From Alloascoidea hylecoeti (taxonomy: Eukaryota), in the NCBI GenBank assembly GCA_001600815.1, contig BCKZ01000028.1, positions 1 through 64,000 of the forward strand: DNA of 64,000 nucleotides. The letters run 5' to 3'. The position numbers and the translations under genes were made by a program. The notes under the pieces are model-generated. The model was not told the DNA's origin and did no database searches. It saw only the letters and a program-made list of their open reading frames with translations. Positions within the stretch are counted from its first letter, which is position 1, and the number at the start of each line of letters is the position of its first letter. Below are positions 23,599 through 35,687 of this stretch, piece after piece.

Positions 23599-24981
23599 TG
23601 TATAATGTTACAGGAATGAAGAATCTCGAGATTTGTTTCTGCTTTTTGGAAGATACTAGGATCTGTGAAGTCCGGTGTTTTGCCTTTGATATAGTCCGTG
23701 ATATTTTCGGTTCCGTGAATATTGAATACACATGCCTTTAAACTCCGATTCTGTTAAAATATCTTTGTTTAAACATAAATCCATATAAGTAAACTTAACT
23801 CCCTTTTGGGTGTGTTCATTTAGTAATTGTTTTAATTTAGATCTCGGTATTTCTGCAACCAAATTAGTCTCGATTGGAGTTTTCCGTAAACAATTTAGAA
23901 GATTTTTAAAGGCATTATTAACCTCTGTTTTTGAATGTGTTTCAAAGAATTTGATAGATTTTCTGACAAACAAAATAAAATGCAAAAGCAAACGCTGATT
24001 ACTTAAAATCACATATTTGATTGGTAATGTTTTAAAACTTTTGTTTTTATTATCAAATCTTGTTGGAAAATCTTNANCGTTAATATCTTTATATATATCA
24101 ATATCTATTTGATATAAAATGGTGTGATTAGAATCAGAAAGGCATCCAAAAGGAGTTTTAAAAAGAAGACACTGGTGAACGGATTGAGTTAAAATATTGT
24201 TGAAATTGTCATCAATGGGATTTTCTATGTCCACGATAATATTTGGTATTTTTAGTTCTATAGTTATAAGGATATTGGAATCGAGTTGCACGATATAATC
24301 TGGAACTGGATTCCTATTTGAAAAGCCACTTTCTTTAGATGTTGATCCGGTTTCGGATAAAATTTGTAACCTTAACTTTCTTTCATATAACAACTTAATT
24401 ATATTTTCGGCTGGAGTAAATATTTTCAAGAGCAGGAGGGTTTTAACAGCAGATTCGTTGATGTGACTAACGTGCCTTATTGGTGTACCTAAGATTGTTT
24501 GGATAAAAGAATTTAGCTTATCCGTATCTGCTTTAGAACACTTTTTTTGTAACCATTCCAACTCTTCTTTAAAGTTAAGATCACAGTGGATCAAATTTTG
24601 ATTAATTTTGATAGCATGTATTATAGAGGATGCTGTATTTCTCGTCGCTGTTGGCTTTTTTGAATATGTACCTGTACCTGTACCTGTGGTTGTGGTTATG
24701 CTTGGGCCTGTGTTTGTGCTTGGGTCTTGAGCAGCAAAAAGACCGGTGGTAGGAATATTCAGCAAAAATAAAGCCGATAGTTCAGGATCACCTTCGTTTT
24801 CAAACCAATGAACAATGGTAGTATTCTGTTTGCGTAGGACCTTCAAAAATTGTGGATCATTAAAATCTCCAAAACCAGCTAGAAGATCCTCACTCTCAAA
24901 GAGCAAGCCTTGACTTTTGGAACGATGTTCCAAAACAACTTTCTTATAGTTATTTAATTTATCTGTTATTAAATCAGACAT
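23424..24981 (-). pseudogene. PD-(D/E)xK nuclease + kinase gene (Crinkler REase-kinase / Spok-like), copy 2, with a frameshift before the kinase C-lobe
   Basis: PVPDYIV..ITIELK..LTQSVHQCLLFKTPFGCLSD in the main ORF. A second frame, open 23753-23424, reads ITDYIKG..LEILHSCNIIHGDIRKQN..IDFGFS. No kinase N-lobe is recognisable. Contains Ns. Confidence 0.7.
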
Positions 24982-25619
24982 TGGCAAAAGAAAAGAGTGA
25001 TAAGATTTTTGTCAAAGTGAGATGTGTGACATAAACTACGCCTGTTCTACAGATTATCCCCCATCCAGAACTGTCATCTTTCTTAACTTGTATGCGGCCA
25101 AAAATGTACTGATGTTTGGCCACCTATAATTCTGAGGCCTATCTAATTTATCAGGTAGATATGTACTATGTATATCCTTATACCTATATATTAGATTTTT
25201 GTTTAGACATTTATTTATTATACCTCTATTAATAATTTCTTCTCTCGTGATGATATATTCTTTTACCTGATTAATACAATTTAATTCTTAAATTCTTAAT
25301 TGTAAATCAGGAATTGGTAATAATAGTGGAATTAATGAAGTATTACTTAATTTTATTTACTCCAAATTCCTCAATTTCCTAGCTCTGCACTTATGAAAAT
25401 CCAACAGTACTTTGAAGAATATAATTACCTACGGTAGTAGATGGGATGGTGTAAGAAATAATAATAAGTTTTCTCCTAAAATTAAACAAAAATGGAACAA
25501 ACCAAAACAAAGTGGAAGTAATTGTTTTCTATTAAATGGACTGAAAAGATATGTGAATGTATGGGTGTATTGAATATATTCCTAAACATGAACTGAAAAT
25601 GATATTAACTTCAGTAAAA

Positions 25620-26900
25620 ATGGAATATTTCAGTAAAATAGCATCAAGTACATTTCCAACTGCAGTTGTTGAAATTTCCCCAGAAGAAATAGGAAATAAA
25701 TTAAAAGATTTTGAAACAGTAAGAATATGTCCAGAAAGAAATTTAATTTCAATTTCAACACATACGGGTGGATTATTAGTGTTAAGATTTTCTGGTGAAA
25801 AAGCATGGTCAACAAATCCACCCAAAAAATCAATTAGATTTAGAAATATGCAATCAATTTGGAGACCTGATGGGAAACTTATATCTATTTATCATCCAAC
25901 TGGTGCTTGTTTATTACATGATGGTAGTGAAGGATCAACACTTGTTCCTGCTCATATAAATCTAAGAAGTTATATAATTAATTGGGTACAAACATCATCA
26001 CCTTCATCAAGTTTGAATAAACAGGTCCAAGGATGGATTGATTTGACGCGTGGATTACCAAAATTAAGCACAAATGGGACAAATGAGAGTCAAAATGCAA
26101 GACTTGCAATTCATGGACTAATACAATCTTCAAGATTTGCAGATTGGAGTTTAGGTAATCCTAATTTATTGGTACTTGGGAATGTTGCTGGTTTTATTTC
26201 ATTTAATTTATATGGTTTATTTTCATTAGGTAATATATCTTTATCGAAACAAATTAATAATGTTTTTACACCAATTTTTCATTCGGCATCTATGGATCTT
26301 ACAAATCATATAATAATTGCAGAATCTAAACTAGCGGTTAATAATGGAAAGGAACATGAAAATGAATCAGAAGTAGTTGAAAATGAAAATGGAATATCAA
26401 TTTTTTATATACCAATAAATACAAATTTCATTAAAGAATCTGTTACATTACCACAAATAGCTTTAACAAGTTCTAAAATTATGGCGTTATTAAGCTATAT
26501 AAATGATTCATTAGAATCATTGAAAGAAAATGCTTTTTTACCGTACAGTAAAAGGGTACTTTCATTATTAGCTGATGAAGTTAAAAAAACTGATGATTAT
26601 ACTTCAAATATATTTAATGGAAATGGAAATGGAAAAGAAAATGAGAATGAAAATGATGATAATGATGGTGATATTTCAGCAGGTGTTTTATATGATCTTT
26701 TAGTTACTGGTATTTCAACACCTGAAATTAATGATTGGTTAGCAAATACAATAACTGAAAGAGGATTAAAAAAATGGAATAAAACAAGTACAGTTCGATT
26801 TGAAACATTACGAAAAATTATATTTGAAAATATAATACCAGCAATTGAAAGATTAATTATTTTATTATCACAATTAAGTTCAAATTATTCATCATATTTA

Positions 26901-26931
<31 letters not shown>

Positions 26932-28127
26932 GTAATAATAATCATCAAAATAATAATAATAATAATAATAATAATAATCATCAAAATAATAATCAAAATA
27001 ATGATATTAATTTTTTAAAATGTTTAGAAATTTCATCAATTTTATTAAAAAATCTTTATAAATGTATTTGGTTTATAAATAATGAATTTAATTTATTTTC
27101 AAAATTTATTGAATGGTTAAGTTATACATTTGAAGAAACAATTAATAGTTCTGATATAATAGATGAATTTAATTATGAAAAAGCAATTGTTTTATCAATT
27201 AATGAAACTTCTGATTATATATCAAATTATTTAGGTAAAAAAACAATTTTAGAAGAAATGATTTGTGATATTGAACCTGATGAACATTATGATTTAACAT
27301 TAAATTCAAATGAAAATTCATCATCAACTACAAATTTATTATTATTATTTAGAGGATTGGATGAAACTTGGAGTAGTAATTTGAAAAAATTAAATCTAGA
27401 TTGGCAGAATCAGGTAGTTGTTGGGGATTCATTTTATATTTGTGAAAAGGGTGAAATGGAAAAGTTTTTCATGGTATGTTTTATAATATTTCATTCTTTT
27501 CAAATGAAGATTTTAACAATTTATTATTTTTTTAGAAGGAAGATAAAAATGGAGATAGAGAAATATTTTTAGCATCAAAGAAGTCTCAAACAATGTGTAA
27601 GTTTAATCTCAATTACGAAAGATAAATGGCTAAGCTAACAAATAACACATTTTATAGTTGAAATATTTAAAATCAATCCTTCATCAAATTTAAAATCATC
27701 AATAAGAATTGATATATTAAACTTAACAATTAAACAACTTAATGAAAATAATCTAAAAATTGATAGTATAATTCAATTTGAATTCATAAATGAAATAGAA
27801 TTTTTAATCCTTGTTAATACTACATTTATAAAATCAAGAAAAAATTTGATACCAGGAAGAGTTTTATTATCATTAGATTATTCTAAATTACAATATAATT
27901 CACAAAAACAATCATTTGAAGTAACGAAAGTTAGAATATTTGATTCTAAATTTATTCCAAAACAAATGGCTATTGGTTGTAAAAAAGGAAAAGAAATTGC
28001 ATGTTTAATTGATGATGATATGCGACATTTTGAGATTATAAATTTAATTAATGAAAATGATGATGAAAGTAAAAATGAAATTGGAAAAGATGATATTGAA
28101 AAGGTTAATGAAGTTGAAAATAAATAA
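25620..28127 (+). CDS. APC4: Anaphase-promoting complex subunit Apc4; introns 27474-27535 and 27597-27657
   Basis: ANAPC4 WD40-like CPERNLIS..WRPDGKLI and Apc4 helical motif LYDLLVTG..DWL..ITERGLKKW. Splicing restores the frame into the 27846 ORF. Alternative upstream ATG at 25557. Confidence 0.85.
26904..27003 (+). repeat. (AAT)n poly-Asn microsatellite in APC4
   Basis: Directly visible. Confidence 0.9.
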
Positions 28128-28258
28128 ATAAAATCTTAACTCTTCCGTAACACCCATACATATAAATATCATTACCTTTTTGTGTTTCTCCTCTTCTTTC
28201 AAATATTCTCTTTTTACACGTTTCCAATTGCTTCATAAAAACAAATATATAAGAAAAA

Positions 28259-29152
28259 ATGTCAGATATATCAATAAAACCTTTTTCAATCTTTCCAAAT
28301 AAGCATAGTTTCAATACCTCATCATTGCTCAATAAATTACCCTATTCAAATCATTATTACACAACCTTTGATAATACAATTAATCCTAATAAATTATCTA
28401 TACCATTACAAATACCACCATTAAAATATGGAAAGGAAAATATCAATGAGAAATCGGCGTCTAATGATAATACCAAGGGTTTAGGGTTAAAAAGGAAAAG
28501 AAGTCTTAGAGATACTTTTGTTTATAAATTTCAAAAAGTATTTAATCCAAACACAAACACAATTAGTAAAAATTTAATAACAAGAAATATTGCTAAATTA
28601 CATTCAAATTCTAAAAAACTTGATTATGTTACATTATCTGAATATATTGATCCAATTAATGAAGTAAATTATTGTTCAACGTCATTACGATTTAAACATA
28701 AAGATCATGATGATTTCATTGAAACCAATTATAATAATTATAATGATAAAGATATTGAAGAAGGTAATTGGTTTATAGTTACAAAATCAACCGGTAAGAA
28801 ATTAAATAAAAATGGTATATTAGGTATAATTTTCCCATATTATAACAATTGGTTAATGGAAATTTGGTCTAAAAATAGACAATTAAGTTGGAACTTAGGA
28901 CATTTAAAACATTTAAGTTTAAATGATGATGATGAAATTATTGAAATTCATGAAAATTATGGTAGAAAATCTGATTTACTTCAAAATTTTAATGAAGATG
29001 AATATTATAAAAATTGGTTAGAAAGAAAATATAATCAACTTAATAAAAAAATGATAATTAGTCCGGAGTTAAATTTAAATCACCAAATTTTTTGTGATTG
29101 GGTTGATCAACAAGAGTTAGTAAATTGGGATATAGCAGATAGTTTGGTTTAA
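28259..29152 (+). CDS. Hypothetical protein, 297 aa
   Basis: Long ORF with host-like codon usage and a basic KRKR cluster; no family recognised. Confidence 0.6.
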   Translation: MSDISIKPFSIFPNKHSFNTSSLLNKLPYSNHYYTTFDNTINPNKLSIPLQIPPLKYGKENINEKSASNDNTKGLGLKRKRSLRDTFVYKFQKVFNPNTNTISKNLITRNIAKLHSNSKKLDYVTLSEYIDPINEVNYCSTSLRFKHKDHDDFIETNYNNYNDKDIEEGNWFIVTKSTGKKLNKNGILGIIFPYYNNWLMEIWSKNRQLSWNLGHLKHLSLNDDDEIIEIHENYGRKSDLLQNFNEDEYYKNWLERKYNQLNKKMIISPELNLNHQIFCDWVDQQELVNWDIADSLV

Positions 29153-29266
29153 AAAAAAAAAATCATGTCATTTTCTTATTTATAGGATTATACACTTGCA
29201 ATATATTTAACTTATAAATATATATTTTATAAATATTATATGTTATATTATATTATATTAAGGAGT

Positions 29267-30145
29267 TTACTTTAAAACAACTAATAATATAATTAATATT
29301 AAAAATAAAATCCCAATAGTTAACCAACTTCCATTTTCTTTTGCCCTTGTTGAAAAAGTTTGTAAATTTTTCTTTGCTTTTATTAATCTACTATCACTAT
29401 TAATTGTTAAATCTTCAATATCATGTAACATTACATTTTGATCATCTAATTCATTATTAATCGTTAAACCTAGTTGTCTTTGAATTGATATTGAATTTGA
29501 TAATGAATCAAGGTGTGAATCCTGTTCTTGGATGGTTAACTGTTGTTGTTGTGAGATAGAGTTAAGATCATTTGAATTTCGGATTTCAGGTAGACTTGGA
29601 GCGGGGGATGGCATATTTCTGATTGGGAGGAGTTCTGTTTGGGAAGATGCTAATGAATCCGAATATGAGCGGTTTGCCATTAAATCTTCCGGATCATCTT
29701 TATATGGTTGAAATGGATTTGCAGAATCATATAATGGAGGTGGCGAAGTTGTATTTGAATTTGAATTTGATGGAGGATCAATTAAAGATTCTTTAAATCT
29801 AACTGTTTTTGGTGATGAATCAACGATTATTGATTTTTCAAAAGTATAAGGTTTTATACTGATTGTTTCATCATCTTTTATATCTTTTAAAAGATTTTTA
29901 TATTTATGAATGATATTATCAAAAGATATTTGTTGTTTTTGAAATTGTTTAGTACTGATATTATTTGTATTAATAAGATTGTTATCCAATGACTTTAAAT
30001 CAGATAAAATATCTTTTAACAACAACACCAAATCGGAATCATCAGTTTCTGAAGGATGTAATGATAATCTAACCAGTCTGTGTCTTTCGTCGATTAACGT
30101 GCTCAACTGTCGCAATTTGAGGTTTATTTTTGTTATACTGGTCAT
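29267..30145 (-). CDS. SYN8: Endosomal Qc-SNARE syntaxin-8
   Basis: LIDERHRL N-terminus, KTVRFK, FQPYKDDP, SNARE coil QEQDSHLDSLSNSI..QRQL..INNELDDQN, C-terminal TM. Confidence 0.88.
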   Translation of the reverse strand: MTSITKINLKLRQLSTLIDERHRLVRLSLHPSETDDSDLVLLLKDILSDLKSLDNNLINTNNISTKQFQKQQISFDNIIHKYKNLLKDIKDDETISIKPYTFEKSIIVDSSPKTVRFKESLIDPPSNSNSNTTSPPPLYDSANPFQPYKDDPEDLMANRSYSDSLASSQTELLPIRNMPSPAPSLPEIRNSNDLNSISQQQQLTIQEQDSHLDSLSNSISIQRQLGLTINNELDDQNVMLHDIEDLTINSDSRLIKAKKNLQTFSTRAKENGSWLTIGILFLILIILLVVLK

Positions 30146-30283
30146 TATTTGATGTTGAGGTTTGATTGAGGCGAATTATCTCATTAACTATGGGGATGTA
30201 CGGATGTTTGATTACTTTTGAGCGGACATAAACATTTCTTGATTATTTACCTTCGAATTCACTTTTTCTTCCACATTTCTACA

Positions 30284-31559
30284 ATGACGAAAACAACGAT
30301 GAAATGTGAATATCCTGTTGGTTACGATATTGAAGATGAAAATAATAAACCTGATGTTGATCCGAAAAGTTTGGTTTATAAAGCAACTGCTTTAAGCGAT
30401 GAATTGTTGTGCCCTATATGTCAATGCCCTTTTATAGAGCCTTATCTTACAAAATGTGGGTAAGTTAAAACTATTAGTAATTAACTATTATCATTTATAT
30501 GTCGTTTTTGATTTTTTGAATATATTTAATCATTAACAATAATGTTTTCATAGCCATACGTTTTGTAAAGAATGTCTTGAGAAATCTTTAAATTCAACTT
30601 CAAATAAATGTCCAATCGATAGGACAATTTTAAATCCAAGGAATAATAATCACGTTTTTCCAGCCCCAATAATTATATCAAATTTAATCTCTACATTAAC
30701 TTGTGAATGTTTGAATAAAACTCGAGGATGTAGTTATGAAGGTCCAAAATGGAGTATTGAAGCTCATGTTCATGAATGTAAATTTACAAGGATTAAAAAG
30801 GAAGAGGGTGAATTGATCGAAAGAAGATTTATAAAATTAGATTTACAAAACGATCATAGTAATGATGAAGAAAATGATGAGAATGATGAAGAAAATGAAA
30901 TTGAGAATGAAAATGAAAATGAAAGTGAGAGTCAAAATGAACATGATACAGAAAATGATTTATATGCAGAAATAAAAAAGTTAAATTCAAAAATCAATCA
31001 ATTAGAGACTAATGAAAATGAATCAAAAAGATTATTTTCAAGATTATTGAACTCAATATCAAGTGGTAAAACATCGATTATTAATTCAACAACTAGAGAT
31101 GGTTTACAAAGTCCACAAACACAATTAGAAACATCAAATGAACTCATGCAAAATAATGAAGATGAACAAGATAATATCCATTTAATGATTGAAAATGAAA
31201 GAATGAGACAAGAAATTGATCGTTTAACAACAGTTGTCGGGGAATTAGAACGTTCACAAAGAGTACTTCCAATAGTTTTACAAGATACATCAAGAAATCA
31301 AGATGAATTACAAGGCATGAGACTTATGATAAATAGTTTACGCCAACAATTTAATTTCCTAATGTTAGAAAGAAGAGCAGGAATGAGTATGATGAATCCT
31401 AATTTTGCTAATGGCTATAATATTTTTGGTGGTTTAAATCCATCTATGAATCCAAATATGGATGAAATGGGGAATAATATTAATGGTACAGGTGTATTTT
31501 TCCCATTTCCACCACCACGAGGTAGTGGATCTAATGATAGACAAGATGTTAAATTATGA
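30284..31559 (+). CDS. RING-finger E3 ligase with TRAF-type zinc finger and coiled coil; intron 30460-30553
   Basis: Spliced RING CPICQCPF..TKCG|HTFCKECL..KCPIDR, then C.NK.RGC..W..EAHVHEC. Confidence 0.85.
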
Positions 31560-32768
31560 AAAATCAATAAATGTTACAATTATGACTAGTCTATAGTTAC
31601 CGGTATATGAGCTATATAGTACTTTTACATGACTTCACTTGTATAGGGATCTTTAAATACTTCTGGGTATATTTTTATTCGTTTACTCTTTTCAATATAC
31701 ATACATGTTTTGATTGAACTATCAAAACATACCGTTTTATTGTTCTATTTAAAATATAATTAGATATCTAGAGCAATGGGTTATAACAGCTGTATAGGTT
31801 ATAGTTTTCAGAATATCGAATGAAATTGAATGAAATTGTTACACAGAATTCGAAACGATTCATGCAATTATCACCTTAATTAGAAAAATCGTCTATTATT
31901 ATCAAAATAGCACATTTGGACATTTAATTCGCTCTAATTAGTTTACTGTTAACTAACCATGTTATTTACAACGATAACATAACGTGAGCTATAAAAATAT
32001 TAGATGTTGAAGATTTATCGAAACAGATTTTAAACTGCTCCTTAACTGTAATTATGAAGGTGAAAATCTCATTGTAAAATGACCATTTTTATGGTGAGAT
32101 TAAACAAGATTATTCAATGGATTGTAATATGAAGCTTAAGTGCAATTGGCGTAATTCCCGCGCGTAATAGAATAAAACCAAATATGATTTTATTTATCTT
32201 AAGATTCCTAAATATTAATTAACACATGATAACCCAAAACTTAAGAATTGTATATATTCACTATTCCAGATAAAAAGGTCTGTTCTCATTCATTTTCCAG
32301 TTCTAGCACGTTGAAAAAGTGATATCGATTACTTAGTTTAAATGTATGCAGAAGATATCGATTTAATTGTAAACAAACATTTCGGGCGAACAAAGTAAAG
32401 GACTGGTCTCTTCCTTTTAATAAACGTGCCCAACCATGATGGTTTTTGATGCCTTAAATCCTATTCCCTTGGCAAGAAATTAATATTGGTATCATCACTC
32501 GAATCCTTAGATCCGTCCTTTCATTCTACAACTCTCATCAACTTGTCTTAATTACTTATATGCATTAAGTATTCTCTGGACTCTGGTAATATTGTTCCAC
32601 ATATAAATAATAATATTGTTATGGATCGGTATATAAAGTACATTTGTTCCGAATTATTACATTAACCCAACTGTTATAGATAAATAAAAACCAAAAATTA
32701 TATTTAAGCACCACAATTCTATAGTTTATTGCTATTGAAAATATATTGCCAAAGATAAATACTAATCA

Positions 32769-34259
32769 ATGGAAAGCATCACCGATAGCGTAAAAGATCC
32801 CATAACTACAGGTTTAACTAAAACAAACACAAAAAGAAAAAGAGGAAGACCACGAGTAATTCAAAACAATGACTTACCAGAAAGAAGAAGAGAACAAATG
32901 AAAAAAGCACAAAGAGCATATAGATTAAGAAAAGAAACACAAGCTGAAAGTGATCATAAAAGAGTTCAACTCCTTGAAGAAAAATTAAGAGAAATTCAAG
33001 AAGATTTTGCTGAATTTTATGATGAAGGTATAAATATTTGTTCAAATTTTACAACAACTAATTTAAGATTAGATTCTGAATATTTATGTGAATTATTTGT
33101 TAAATATGGTTCTAGAATTGCAAAACATTTAAAGGAATGTAAACAACAAATTAATAAAAAAAAAAAAACTTCAGAAGATATTGATATTGATGTTACTAAT
33201 GATGATGATTTTGAGTCCGCACCGGAAGCCGAACATGAACCCCTTATCAATCAAAACCAAAAACAAAATGGTAAATTAGTGTTACATCGCCCCCAAATCC
33301 CAAATATTAACGATATTCTTCATAATGGAGATAAGTTAATATTTAAAATATCTACTACTAATTACAATGATATTCAATCTTCAACTTTAAACTTTAAAGA
33401 CAATATCAATATCAACACCATGAAAATGATAAGTGATAATAATCTTAGGTCCCCAAATAATGTTTTACAAATATATCAAGGTCCTGATAAATCTAATCCA
33501 AAATTTAATAATCATAGCAGTATTACTACGAATCATGATCCATTATATATCTACTGTACTTCACTAATTACAGATTTCTTAACTGATGATATCCGTACTT
33601 ATCCATATTGGTTATCAAATATTTATATACCTAATTTAACGCCAAATCCAGGATATAAATATAAAAATCCAAAAGATTCAAGTTTTAATCATAAACATAT
33701 TAATAACAAAGCATTAAATTCTGAAAATTTCTTAAATTTATCAAAAAATTTAATTAAAAAAATTTCATCATTACTATATCCATTAAATAATTTTAAATTT
33801 TTTTCAAAAAGATTATTATTATTAACATTAATTGATGTTATTAAAAAATATTTAAATAATGATTTATATACACTAAGTTTAAAATTTCCCGAAGGTTATA
33901 ATGAAGATTATATTATACCAAAAGTTTTATTTGCTGTTGAATATTCTTTAAAATTTACCGATAGACCATGGACTGATAATAAAGCACCAAAACCTGATTT
34001 TTATGATGATAATTTAGCACAAGATGATGAATTGGTTGGTTATATTTGTGCTAAATCAGTTGAAGAACTTTTTCGGAAAAATCATTTATTGAATGATTAT
34101 GACGATAAAAATACAATCAATAATAAATTAATTGATGAAAATTTATTAGTTTATCCTTTATTGGTAAGTGCTGTTTGTTATAAATGGACTCCACTTTATA
34201 GAAGAGATGTAGTAGAGGCTGTCATAAAATCTAAATCTGATTATATAGCTAAGGGTTGA
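32769..34259 (+). CDS. bZIP-type transcription factor with AT-hook-like RGRPR
   Basis: KRKRGRPRV..ERRREQMKKAQRAYRLRKE..RVQLLEEKL. Confidence 0.8.
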   Translation: MESITDSVKDPITTGLTKTNTKRKRGRPRVIQNNDLPERRREQMKKAQRAYRLRKETQAESDHKRVQLLEEKLREIQEDFAEFYDEGINICSNFTTTNLRLDSEYLCELFVKYGSRIAKHLKECKQQINKKKKTSEDIDIDVTNDDDFESAPEAEHEPLINQNQKQNGKLVLHRPQIPNINDILHNGDKLIFKISTTNYNDIQSSTLNFKDNININTMKMISDNNLRSPNNVLQIYQGPDKSNPKFNNHSSITTNHDPLYIYCTSLITDFLTDDIRTYPYWLSNIYIPNLTPNPGYKYKNPKDSSFNHKHINNKALNSENFLNLSKNLIKKISSLLYPLNNFKFFSKRLLLLTLIDVIKKYLNNDLYTLSLKFPEGYNEDYIIPKVLFAVEYSLKFTDRPWTDNKAPKPDFYDDNLAQDDELVGYICAKSVEELFRKNHLLNDYDDKNTINNKLIDENLLVYPLLVSAVCYKWTPLYRRDVVEAVIKSKSDYIAKG

Positions 34260-34571
34260 TTGTAATGACATGAATGTTATAATTACTCATATAAGACTTA
34301 TAGTTGTTTTATATTATATTATATTTTAATACTATAATTATGATTATAAACAATATTGATTATGTTTGATATTCCTATATCTATGGTGATGAATATACCT
34401 ATTAACATAATCGCACTGTACTTTTATCATATAAAGCTTAGGGTCGTAACATTATAAATCGTGAATAAATATCATCATTACAAGCGTTTTATAATCCAAT
34501 GACCAAAAGATGCCAGAACAAAATTTTCAATTGAAATGGATTAGAAATGCATTTTTTTTACTATTTTTGTC

Positions 34572-35687
34572 TCATAACTTGCAATTAATTGTGCCTAGAT
34601 CAGTTGATGTATTCTGGAACATAAAGTTCTCACCTTTTCGAACATTCATAAAGGTATAATTATGTGATATTGGTGATAATGTGTCATAATCCATATAATA
34701 TTTCCCAACTAAAAGAAGAGAGTATTGTCTCAAGATCTTCCTCTTAGTACCCGATGTAAAGTCCCTTGATTTTTTATTGTTAAATATATTAAGCTTTCCT
34801 GTTATAATATCATCAACATGTTCATAAACCTCTCTTTTCCAAGGAGGCATTGATTTTAGAGATCTTTTAATTGATTTTAAATGATCGATTTTTATATTTT
34901 TAACTCGACAAATAGGTAATAAATTATCATTTGAACCATCTGAATTCCTTGTTTTTGATACAGTTGGATATGGTATTGTTAATTTCAATCCAATGCCTTC
35001 CATGGCTGTTGAAAGTGGATGTTTTTGTTTTTTCAAATTATTGATAAATATATTTACATCTTTATATATTAATTCATTGTGTGTCATGACTTTATCTTTT
35101 TCAATTTCTGTAGTGGTCTTTTCAAGTAATGGAATATCTATAACTATATTTTGAGGTAGTGGTGGATGTATTTCAAGAAGTTTTTTCACTCTGAATATTT
35201 TCATTGAATCAAGTTCTGGCTCTTTTAATTCAATTAAATCTATAAAATCTTTATTTTTACCCATTATGAATTCTTGTATACTTAATGGGAAAGATTTAAA
35301 ATTATCATTCATTACAATTCCATAACCATAATTTAAAACTTTTTTGATTATACTAAAGTCTTTTTCTAAACGAAGCTTTTTGAGTATATTAAGCCAATCA
35401 TTACCTTCTTTTAATAAAATTCTTATCTTTTTTTGAATTTCTTGGGATCTGAATTCTGGAGTTTGAGATTCAAAATTAATATAATTGTTTGGTTTTATAC
35501 ACTTATATTTGGTATATTTGCATCGAAGATGTTTTTGAAGAGCAGTTACAAGACAATCATCAAGAGGAAGTCGCTGTATTTCCCTGTAAAGAGATTTGTA
35601 AAGAGATATTTGTGGTTTCATATATTTCAATAAGACAATACAAGTCTTATAATTTTTGTTATATGGAACACCCATCCATACATACAC
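34572..35687 (-). CDS. Basic protein with N-terminal LYR-like motif, probably mitochondrial (likely start 35621)
   Basis: SLYKSLYREIQRLP..LRCKY resembles a LYR motif; 350+ codon ORF. Confidence 0.55.
   Translation of the reverse strand: MYVWMGVPYNKNYKTCIVLLKYMKPQISLYKSLYREIQRLPLDDCLVTALQKHLRCKYTKYKCIKPNNYINFESQTPEFRSQEIQKKIRILLKEGNDWLNILKKLRLEKDFSIIKKVLNYGYGIVMNDNFKSFPLSIQEFIMGKNKDFIDLIELKEPELDSMKIFRVKKLLEIHPPLPQNIVIDIPLLEKTTTEIEKDKVMTHNELIYKDVNIFINNLKKQKHPLSTAMEGIGLKLTIPYPTVSKTRNSDGSNDNLLPICRVKNIKIDHLKSIKRSLKSMPPWKREVYEHVDDIITGKLNIFNNKKSRDFTSGTKRKILRQYSLLLVGKYYMDYDTLSPISHNYTFMNVRKGENFMFQNTSTDLGTINCKL

Noticed and set aside
24996..25004. AGTGATAAG forming a 9-bp inverted repeat with CTTATCACT at the element's 3' end
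   Set aside because: It is just 15 bp from the ATG, leaving no promoter, and copy 1 does not share the full 9 bp. More likely a GATA site or chance.
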